A stretch of DNA of 64,000 nt, taken from assembly GCF_006345805.1 (NCBI RefSeq), contig NC_043010.1, positions 1,984,001 through 2,048,000 of the forward strand. The letters are read 5' to 3'. Shown one piece after another: positions 53,302-64,000 of this stretch (its first letter is position 1; each line of letters opens with the position of its first letter). The DNA comes from Octopus sinensis (Eukaryota). The notes under the pieces were generated by a model, which did not search any database, was not told where the DNA came from, and worked only from the letters and a program-made list of their open reading frames with translations. Position numbers and translations under genes: made by a program.

Positions 53302-54089
53302 TCTCTTCACCAAAGTCTGTCAGCACAGATTGCTGCCCTATGCTCCATGTTTTTCACTTTTAGTGGACATTTCCCTTCATCCCTTGATAAATACAGGAAT
53401 ACAAATCTCGTACTCGGTGATATATCTTTGAATAAAAATTATACCACTCTACCTAACAATATTAAATAATATTTCACTAATTTGTACATACTAATACGGA
53501 ACCATTTGCAGTTTATATAAAGTGTCAGGCTGTTATAATAAAAGTCTTAGGTACTTAATGTTGCTGGCTCCCACAACTTTGTAGTAAATTGGTATCATGG
53601 AATGTCGAACTGATTTTTTTCATTAACAATGCTCCTTAACTTCAAGTTCACCACTAAACATAGCTTAATGTTAAGAAACATCTATATCATATAAGTATAT
53701 CTTATACAGTATACTTGTATGAGATATATTGTATAGAATATCTTATATCATATCTTATACTGCCCACAACAACTCCTTTAGTCAACAGGATCTTACTAGG
53801 TTTTCAATCTCTATGATATCTTCAAAGTTTAAAAAGCAGTAGAAAAGAATAAGAAGAGCAACAACAGCAGAAGCAGCAGCAACAACAAACAGACAGACAA
53901 ATAAAACACACACATATTTCAAAAGCTTCTTCTTACATTTTAACCATTGTGCAGTGACTCCCCGCAACACATTCATGTGTATAAAGCAGTAGAAAGCAGT
54001 AGAAAAGATAAAAACAAAAAAAAAATATGTATATGTATATATATAAAATATATAAAATATATTTTATGATATATAAAATCAAATATATC

Positions 54090-54131
<42 letters not shown>

Positions 54132-54964
54132 TATCAAGATATATATATACACTAGTGTGTGTAGATATATATATAAATATCAGGTATTAAGATATGCACT
54201 GTATTAGTATTAGATCAATAATACTAAGAGACAAAATTTTTTTTAAACGGTAAAGGGTGCAAAGATTATTAATATTTAGGGTATACTTCAGATATGACAA
54301 AATCTTTAAAAAATGCATTGTAATAATAATAATAATAATGATGATGATAATTATAATAATAATAATTCATTTAATGCTTCTCAGTAACAAAAGGAAAAGA
54401 GAATGTTTAAATATTCCTATGGGTTGTTTCCACATCTTATGCATGTATCATTGTATCTCTAGGTTAAAGTACAGTACTTTAACAGATTGGCATGGAGCTT
54501 TAAAAATTTACATCGTATATATATATATATATATATGATGTGTTTATCAGACACCTTCAACATATTGAGAAAATACCACACTACATTGGCATGTGTATGT
54601 ACATGCACACACACATATATATATATATTAAATGCAGTCTAGAATTTTTTTTAATATTTTGAAGGTATCTGATGAAAAAAATGTTACTGTTTCTTTTTCT
54701 TCTCTTACATTTCATAATTCATTTTCATATTTTAAATTGATTTTTTGGGGGTGGAGGGGAAGGGGTGTTTTTTTTGTTTTTTTTTGGTCATAATATAAAT
54801 ATTTTCAAATAGCTACAGTCAACTGGCTGAAACCAGTGAAAAAGCAAATGAAATTTTTATAAAAGTTTCATAGCCCATATTTGAGAGATTGTCCTTTATG
54901 ATTTGTTCGTATGTATGTATGTTTGTTTGTTTGTTTGTATGTATGTATGCATGCATGCAAGTAT

Positions 54965-55042
<78 letters not shown>

Positions 55043-56748
55043 TTTGTTTGAGTGTGTATTTACTTGTATATAGCTGTGTAAGGGAAAATGGAAGGTTTGT
55101 GAATAAGGTGACTGCAAATATAGGTATAATAAAGCATGCATTAGTATATATATCATACTGTACACAGGACATATAGAATGCTTTGTTTTTCTGTTTTCTT
55201 TTAGTTGGTAAAGTTTGTCAGGATAAATATAGAGTATAAGAGTTAAAAGAGAGCAAGACAAATTTGTGCAACTTAAGAGGCTGAGATTAAGTCAGATCAG
55301 TGGTGAAAGCCAGGGTGTTGATGACAATAATAATTCTAAATTTTGATCAACTGATTTAGCATGTAAGTGGCAAAGGATTCCATGGATATTGGTACCCTTA
55401 ATGACACAATGGGTACCTTCGAATTAAAGATACACTCCATCCAACAGGCTTCTTAACAGTTTCTGTCAATCCAGTTTCATTCACAAAGTATAGCCAGAGT
55501 AAAAACGACATTTGCTTAAGATGCCATGCAAAGGAATTGAACCAATGATCTCATAGTTGTGAAGTGAACTTCTTAACCATTTGGCCACACCATGAATTAT
55601 TTATGTTCTACACATAATTACTTAGAAACACACACACACATGGATAGGTGCATTAGTGGTGTGTTTAGAGTGTGCTATCAGGGACATCACTTGAATTTAC
55701 TAAACAACTACTGCCCCTGCTCTCTATACAGGCTTACAGAGCAGACCCCAAACTAGCACCCCCAAAAGAGGGGGGGCCACCCAGAGCAGAATGTCCCCAC
55801 AGCCCAACTTCTAGCTACTTATATATATATATATATACATGTATATATATATATAAATATACATGTATGTATGTATATATATATATATACATATACATGT
55901 ATGTATATATACATATACATGTATGTATATATACATATACATGTATGTATATATACATATACATGTGTGTATATATATATATATACATATACATGTATAT
56001 ATATATATATATATATATTGCTTTACTGTTTTGTAAATAGTTAGAAAAGCCTGTAATGGATATTTCTGGTCTTTTACATGCCGTATGAAGAATTTAAGTA
56101 GAAACCATCATACACAGTTTATAACCTTGTTTTTACGCTATTCCACTGATGAGACCTTTTATTACACGATGGTATGCATCATATTGCTAGGAGACTGAGT
56201 ATTGACACCGTTGAGTATCTTATTCCTGTGTAACTAGACATCATAGCTGAAAATCATTTTATTGTTAGCTAATTGGTTGCTCTTAACTTGATATTTTTAA
56301 TTGTTACTGAACAATCATGCAAAAATATGTTTTGCTTGACAGAGTTAATCTTCACTTTGGTACAATATATGGAAATACGTATGCTAGTATGCACACACAC
56401 ACAGAGTGAAGTGAGGAACTACTTCTGAAGTCACAATAAATATACATAAAGAGCCAAAAGGAGATTATGAATTAAGATCTCCCCACTTTCTTTCTCTCCA
56501 TTATTTATATACATAGATGTGTGTGCATGCAGAAGGGTTTGTTATACATACCAGTTATATGAATAGGTATGTTTGTGTGCATGTTTCTGTAAGTATGTGT
56601 ACATATATATATATATAGATGATATATACTTTTATATAATATTTATGTTTTTTCTTACACTGTTTCTCTCAATCCTCACATCGCCATGATTGACTGCTAG
56701 CCACTAAACCTTTTTTTATTATTTTCTCTCTCTGTTTATTTCTGTGTT

Positions 56749-56786
56749 TCTTTCTGTTGAAGAGCATAGGCTCGAAACATAAAAGA
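56749..56786 (+). ncRNA. Minimal type-I hammerhead-ribozyme-like motif with two deviations
   Basis: Stem I tcttt/aaaga, core CTGTTGA (A6 to U), stem II gagc-atag-gctc, GAAA, stem III ACAT (canonical ACGT) and cleavage base A. Confidence 0.55.
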
Positions 56787-56880
56787 CCTTCTTACTTCCC
56801 GAGTGTTAAACTAATACATCTGTTTGTTGTTTACATACCCATCTCCGTCTTTTTTTTTTGTTTTGTTTGTAAATTCCAAC

Positions 56881-56930
<50 letters not shown>

Positions 56931-57003
56931 AAATAGAAAATTTGATTTAGTATTTCTAAATTGAATTTTTCCCTGTAAGTTAGGATAATATTCCCTCAAA
57001 TAA

Positions 57004-57119
<116 letters not shown>

Positions 57120-57753
57120 TAAATAAATAGATAGATAGATGTGTGAATGCATGCATATATATACATACATGCAAACCTATATCCCAATATTGTCTTAATA
57201 ATAAATTAGAGACTACTATAATTGATGTTAGTAAGCCATGAAAATCTAATTCATAGCAATTACAACTTTAGTGATGACAACAACCATTATCTAAATTACT
57301 CTTTCCCTACATTATCTTTTATTTGTATTATTCATCTTATTTTCAATTATTTACACATATTCCTGATATTTTATATTTCTCCTGTGGGATATCCATCCCT
57401 GGCAACCTGACAGAAAAGCATATCTTCATATGGGATACAGATGTATCATACAGTACCGTTGCTAGTTTTATGAAAAATAATACTCCATAAATTTGTCAAA
57501 TGTAGTTGTTTTAGCTCCCTAAATGACTGAAGCAGATGTTAAGGTTTTTATTTTTTAAATTTTTTCAAAGCTGGAGAGGGAAGGGTTAGCACCCAAAATC
57601 CAGCATTGTTTCAGGGCATTGTTTCAGAGTTGTGTAAGGAAGGAAGCTGTCTTCAAATCAGAGATGTGCCTTGCATACTTTCAGCAGATGGAACTCTGCT
57701 CAAGTTAGCCAAAAACTGATACTTTTCATAGCAACTCCCTTGAAAACACCACT

Positions 57754-58118
57754 AGGAGTGGCTGTGTGATAAGTAGCTTGCTTACCATCCACATGGTTCT
57801 GGGTTCAGTCCCACTGCGTGGCACCTTGAGAAAGTGTCTTCTACTATAGCCTAGGGCCAACCAAAGCCTTATGAGTGGATTTGGTATATGTGTGTGTGTG
57901 TGTATATGTTTTTGTGTCTGTGTTTGTCCCCCCAACATCGCTTGACAACTGATGCTGGTGTGTTTATGTCCTCGTAACTTAGCAGTTCGGCAAAAGAGAC
58001 CAATGGAATAAGTACTAGGCTTACAACAAATAAGTCCTGGGGTCGATTTGCTCAACTAAAGGCGGCGCTCCAGCATGGCCGCAGTCAAATGATTGAAACA
58101 AGTAAAAGAGTAAAGAGT
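57754..58118 (+). mobile_element. Full-length SINE family A
   Basis: Aligns along its length to 11414-11822. Confidence 0.9.
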
Positions 58119-58599
58119 GAAAACCGATCTAAGTAAAAATGCAATGTTACTAAGTAAAAACCTACCATCAAAGTTTCTTGTTAATTTATGTTCAAAACAC
58201 CTGCTTAATTAGAACGAAGCTATTTTACTAAATTCTTCGTTATTTCCAAAATTTCTTGAATTAAACGTAATTTATTTCAACAGCAGAAATATAGTAACAA
58301 AAAGGTTAAGTCAACTTCCCCCAAAACTCAGGAACATAAAATAGCAGAATTAATATTAACAGACCTCTTGTGTAATGCTTTAACAAAACTACCAATCCAC
58401 TTGTGTAAGGCAGTGCATTATCTTATATTTTATTTACCCCATAATGAAGAAAGGCAAAATTGGCCTACGTAGGACATGAAGTCAGAGCATGGAGAGCTGG
58501 AACAAATACTAAAAAGCATATTTTCTAATGCTTTAACAAATCTACCAGTTTACTAGCTTGAGAGGATATTAACCAGAGTAAGAAAGGAGCAGATGAAGT

Positions 58600-58817
58600 T
58601 TAACCCTTTAGCATTTAAACCGGCCAAAATATTCTACCTATTTTATGTTCAAACTAGTCAGATATGGTCATTCATAGCGACCTTATTGTGTCATTTTAAA
58701 AATAAACAATCACATCATTGAAATCTCAAAGCCATGAAATGATGCAAGATTAATTTTACATGGTGTGAATACATAAGCTTTACATTTGACAGACTAATCT
58801 GAATGCTAAAGGGTTAA
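58600..58817. mobile_element. piggyBac-type MITE with TTAA target duplication
   Basis: TTAA|ccctttagcattt ... gaatgctaaaggg|TTAA. A partial second copy is near 59030-59200 and a lone end near 42225-42243. Confidence 0.8.
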
Positions 58818-59554
58818 GGAGCTGTTACCACTACTAGTAACAGGAAAGATTTGATGGGGCAATGAGGGAGACTCTCTCTATGTCAGTTTTTTAAATGCTA
58901 AAACTAACAACCAAATCTCTCTCAAATCACATCCTACTTTATTTAAAAAATAAATGAACATGTTGAGTAATGCAATCTTGGGCTTCATGCGCATAAGGAA
59001 AAGATGAGGTGGTTAAAGTTTGCATGCACTTTAGCATTTAAACTGGCTATATCCAGTCCAAATATTCTAACTATTTTATGTTCAAACCAACCATATCCTG
59101 CCTCTCACTCCTATCCTACAATGTCATTCTAAAAACAAACAATCACATTATTGCAATCTTTAAGCTACAAGACCATGTTTGATTAATTCTAAACAGTGTG
59201 AATAAATAAGAATTATATCTTACAGAGTGAACTGGAAGAATGTAAAATAAAGTGTCTTGCTCAAAAACACCATACAGCCTGGTCTGAGACTCGAACCTAC
59301 AACTTCACGATTGTAAACATGATGCTCTCACCACTGAGCCATAAGCCGTCAGTTATGTATACAAATATATATAAATATAGATAGATAGATAGATAGACAA
59401 ACAGACAGATAAGCTATTGAAAGATGAGAGAACATAAATATATATTATCACATGTTGCAACAACAGACATCAGATAAATGCATTGAAAATATGTTTTAAT
59501 TGGGTGTTTTGGTACAGAATTTACTAACAAAGTTAATAGTGTTTAATATATATA

Positions 59555-59606
<52 letters not shown>

Positions 59607-59869
59607 TATATATATGAGATAGTCATGCTTCCTGAATGATTGACTACGTGTTGATAGATGAGAATGGACGGGGTGGGGGGCAGAGAATGTCAAGGAAGAA
59701 GCAAGGAGGAGATGTAAAGGAATGGTATGACTAAACACATAACTCTGGATGATTGATGAAATGACGAAAAGGAATTGCAAACAGGTAGCGATATATGCTA
59801 CATGGCAGACACATTCAACCCATGTCAGAACTGAAAGAATTGGTGTTAAAGCAGTACTGCGGCTGTTGC

Positions 59870-59878
59870 TGCTGGCAT

Positions 59879-59909
<31 letters not shown>

Positions 59910-60180
59910 TGGTATTGTTGATGTAAGGTTGATGATGAGGAGACGTATGTTTAGGATGATGCTGATGTTGATGATAATGAAGATGATGATGATGATTGTG
60001 ATGGCGATTCATGTGATGGTCGGAGTTGTTATGGTAATGACAATGAGGAGGAGGCAGAGGGGGATGGTGATAGTAATGTTGATGGTGATCTCGATGAGGA
60101 TGATGATGAGGGTGGTGGTTGAGGGTGGTGGTGATGGCGGTAACGACGATGTCGACAACGATGACTACGACAATGATTTA
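59870..60180. repeat. Degenerate (GAT/GGT)n low-complexity tract
   Basis: Trinucleotide-rich. It explains the Met-rich and His-rich ORFs. Similar tracts are at 51760-52260 and 61200-61310. Confidence 0.8.
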
Positions 60181-60717
60181 TCGTTTCAACTCTATTGAGC
60201 CAAATTCTGATGTCTATAGCTCATTAGTGCAAATGACAACAAAATATTAATTACTAAATATTATCATGTAATTAAAATAAAGAAATCATCATCATCATCA
60301 TCATCAAAATCATTAATATTATTTCATTGCATTTTTAATGATAGCTATAGAATGTATCTGCCAATCTAAGTATTTGTTTGATAAATGTAAGGAAAGTTGT
60401 AGTGTTGCAAAATTGAAATATTTGCTGCAAATGTGCACGCAGACACACATATAGCTATATAAATGTGTGTTCACACACACATGAACACGTGTGTTTATAT
60501 ATACATGTATACACACACGCACATGCATATATATATATATATATGTTCATAGGCAGGCTTAAATGTTTATGAGCAAAAGAGAAGTTCACACATGCACACA
60601 ACTGCTTATTGAATGTGCAGCTGCAACTGCATCTTTCTAAATTTACTTAATTATTTCTATATTTACTTTTTGGCTGCCTTTAAAGAGAGACAATTCCAGA
60701 AGCTTTCCAAAGAACAT

Positions 60718-60755
<38 letters not shown>

Positions 60756-60816
60756 ATAATAATTTGAGGGAATATTATTCCTTACTTAATTGATAAAGGG
60801 TGCTTTTTTTCTAATT

Positions 60817-60848
<32 letters not shown>

Positions 60849-61639
60849 TATAATTGCTCACACACACATATACATATGCATACATACACATGCACACAAA
60901 TATAGTGCCTCTAAATACTTCTCAATCCCTCAGCCAATCAGCCTTATCAAATAAATTCTACTTAAAAAACCAACACGAAGAAAACAGCTCTCTTACTTTT
61001 CTTTCAAATAAACAATAAGAAAAAAAGGCTTTTTTTCCAGCTGCTCAAGTCTTTATTGAACCCCTGGCTCCTTCCTTTTTCAAGAAGACCAGATGTTTTG
61101 CCTTCAACTTTTTTCCATTTGTGTAACTCTGTCAATAACTAGAATCTATTTTTCATCACCAAATCCATACAGCTTCAATTCCTCATGCATTCTTTCCACC
61201 ATCATCTCTATTCCTCATCATCATTTCCACAAGGATCAATCCAAGCAACAACCACTGCCATCACCATCATCATTACACTACCACCTCCACTGTCACCACC
61301 AATACCATCAAGAATGCACAACTACACAATTCTATTTCCACCCAACACACATCCACTTCCCACTGGCATTTCCACCACGAACACTGCCATTCTAAGACTT
61401 AACCTATTCTGCAGAATTTCATATATTATAAGATATTATACCAGTGTCATATTCTAACAATAATATTGTTTTCTTCAAAATCTGGCCTAAAATATAAATT
61501 TCCTGGAGGAGGATTTAAAATGAAAAAAAAAAATTATTTACCAAGTTTGTAGTCTAGTAGTTCAAATAAATCCAAAGACATTTTTTTTTTTTCTTTTTGC
61601 TGTCTTCTCTAGTAAACACCTTCATTGATCAGTATCTGT

Positions 61640-62060
61640 CATTTACAGCTGTTTATTTCCTCTGCTTCCAGCATAATTTCTGCCCTGCTAGTAACATGTC
61701 ATTGCTCTTGATGGTAAATATTGTTTCCCACCTTTTGCTGCCAAAAGACCTGATCTTGTCAATAAGGCATGGACAAGAAGGTGGTAAAGATGGTAGGGCT
61801 GACAGTTTCCTGGGAAGTGAACATTGAAGATGCTTTCCTCAGGAGAGACAGAATATACAGTGAGTTCTTTGAAAAGAATGGATGGGAAGCATTATGTCTT
61901 CCTGTAGAGATAGTTGTTAGAAGATTAGTTGGAACTAAGGTTCACTCAATGTTCATGAGTCATGGACAAGTTACGAAGGAGACAAAAAAATGTTGCCAGA
62001 AAATTGTCAGAAGCTGCTGAGAAAGCTAGCCATTAGATTTATCTCAAGGGGGAAGATGAG
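61640..62060 (+). mobile_element. HERO-like (R2-group) non-LTR retrotransposon, restriction-like endonuclease remnant
   Basis: KRPDLV...KVVKMVGLTVSWEVNIEDAFLRRDRIYSEFFEKNGWEALCLPVEIVVRRLVG...RSC*ESaa resembles RPD..ELTVPWE....ERK..KY..L...GW.A...PVEVG.RGF.G...AAEKAS. Confidence 0.7.
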
Positions 62061-62714
62061 TGTTTCAGCAAGAACAAGCATTGAGAATGGTAGAAACATC
62101 TGGCCCAGAGTCACAACATCTGACTCAACAAAGCTCATGCTGTTGTGTGAGAATTTTGCCACCTACATCGGTAGGTGGCCTCAGGCAGCTCTGATGTTGT
62201 GGTGGATGAGGTCAAAACACCAACAGAGCTTTTTCACCACCTGATGGAATATCATCTCCTGCATTCAGAGACAGAACACAGCAGCACCCCCAGTACATAA
62301 GTGTTAACCCCAATAAAACATCCTCTTCCAAGATCTTTTCTGCCACTTTGGCAACATTCTTTTGCTTTCTAGTGGGCACCAATCCTGTTGTAGGGTATGG
62401 ATGTAAAGGTTTATGTTTTATGACAGGCTGGTCATTCACCTGGAGACTAAAGAACAGTAATATACTACTAGAGGAGCAGAAAAGATGTTGGAAAAATATG
62501 TGGTTATGATAGAAGAATGGTTCAGCCAGTCTTGAGAATGTCACAGTTTTACCATTGTAGCATCTGTTATTGGCCACTTTTTAATCAAGCAGTGCAACAC
62601 AGTTTCCTTAGCAAACAATATTGATTAAATGCTTATTGAATCAGTCCAGGTCGTCTTAAAATATTTATAATTGTTATTATTGCGCTTGTCACAATAAGTA
62701 TTTGAGTGTTTCAC

Positions 62715-63034
62715 AGTTAACCAATTAACTAAGGAACACAGTCTTAGACATAAGCAAAATATTTAATATGATGGAACAAGTTTTAGGTGTTATGCTGCCA
62801 ACAAGCTTCACTATGGGACAAAGTCAAAGATATCACCAAAATATTTAACATAATGAAACAAGTGAGTATGATATGATTTCAACAAATTTAACTATGGAAC
62901 ACAATGAAAGACATAATCAAAATATTTAACATAATGAAACAAGTCTACATTTTTAGGCTTTGAACAGATTTAACTATGGAATAAAATCAAAGATATTATT
63001 GAAGTCTTTAAAACATAATGACACAATGTTAAGA
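62715..63034. repeat. Diverged ~81-bp tandem repeat, about 4 units
   Basis: caaaatatttaa(t/c)at(g/a)atg(g/a)aacaag at 62755, 62837 and 62918. Confidence 0.75.
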
Positions 63035-63420
63035 TCTCTCTATATATAAACGGCAGTTTGTCTGTGCGTGTTTCTGTGTGTCTGTTTGCTTGTACCCTCA
63101 CCCTGACCACGGCTTTCAACCGATTCTGATGAAACTTGACACACACATAGCCCAATGTCATAATTCAAAACTAACGCAGCGAAAATTTTGAAAAGTTTCC
63201 CCAGTTCTGAAAAAAATCGATAAATTCGACATGGGGTCGAGAATCAGAAACACGAACCACAAACTGTCTAGGGGACGCAACTCCATCCTTTTTTAACTCT
63301 CAAAAAAAGATTTACCATCATTTTTTTCCATTTTTTTGCTATTTTTTGGTTATAACTCTCTAAAAATGCTTTATAGTTATTTCCCTTACAAACCTGAGCA
63401 ACGCCGGGCGATACTGCTAG
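63035..63420 (+). mobile_element. Complete non-autonomous Helitron (386 bp)
   Basis: a|TCtctctatatataaacggcagtttgtctgtg ... hairpin cctgagcaacgccggg (63393-63408) ... CTAG|t. Canonical termini, A^T site and no target duplication. Confidence 0.92.
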
Positions 63421-63584
63421 TAGTCTATAAATTTATGCATCACTATAGAAAGAACATACACATAAAGTACAATTTCTATGGCTAATAGATATCGTTATGG
63501 CAAGCCAATGATAGAGCTTTTGTATGTCTGCTCCATCTGCTTGAAATAGCAGTTAAATCTTCCTCAAATATATACCTATTTCTT

Positions 63585-63812
63585 TACTACCCACAAGGGG
63601 CTAAACACAGATGGGACAAACAAGAACAGACAAACGGGTTAAGTCAATTACATCGAACCCAGTGCATAACTGGTACTTAATTTATCGATCCCGAAAGGAT
63701 GAAAGGCAAAGTCGACCTCGGCGGAATTTGAACTCAGAATGTAACGGCAGACGAAATACGGCTACGCATTTCACCCGGTGTGCTAACGTTTCTACCAGCT
63801 CGCTGCCTTCCC
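63585..63812 (-). mobile_element. SINE family B, young
   Basis: Near-identical to 34700-34885. Confidence 0.9.
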
Positions 63813-64000
63813 TCAAATATATCCCCTTCTGTATTCAATAATAGGACACCCAGAATAATACAGTCTTAAGTGTCTGAAAAATTTAAGATGATCAGGTTCA
63901 GAAGACCTTTGATCATAGGTCACTTCAAGCATGGCTGACCTGTGGTTAAACAAACACAGCAATAGAGATTACGTAAACAGTTCATAGCTGCAGTCTGTTT

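Noticed and set aside
56147-56185. CTGATGA-gacc hammerhead-like start, and another at about 28469
   Set aside because: The GAAA half of the core and stems I and III are missing.
59496-60198. His-rich and Met-rich ORFs as a low-complexity exon
   Set aside because: They derive from a degenerate GAT/GGT tract, have no convincing acceptor and the upstream frame is repeat-derived gibberish.

Overview
AT-rich, microsatellite-dense animal genomic DNA. The SINE, RTE-tail and (TA)n/(CA)n/(AAT)n/(TAGA)n repertoire looks like an octopus genome; this is recognition from memory, not a database match. There are no prokaryotic features, CRISPR array, rRNA or intact tRNA, and almost all listed ORFs are microsatellite or repeat artefacts. 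Most of the window reads as introns and 3' region of an unidentified minus-strand gene whose main coding exons lie beyond position 64000. The best exon is 44611-44331; several weaker candidate cassette and terminal exons lie between 47.2 and 22 kb, each terminal candidate followed by an element-poor, UTR-like tract. The rest is a decayed transposon landscape: a FLYWCH-MULE transposase split by SINEs, a Helitron Rep/helicase fragment, four non-autonomous Helitrons, Tc1/mariner remnants, a piggyBac-type MITE, RTE, CR1-like, HERO-like and Penelope fragments, and many SINEs. The most unusual signals are short cassettes, mostly beside (TA)n tracts, carrying degenerate minimal hammerhead-ribozyme cores and/or long fold-back arms, and a 31-copy 29-bp minisatellite that may have expanded inside a dead LINE. 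All protein-family assignments are motif recognition by eye.
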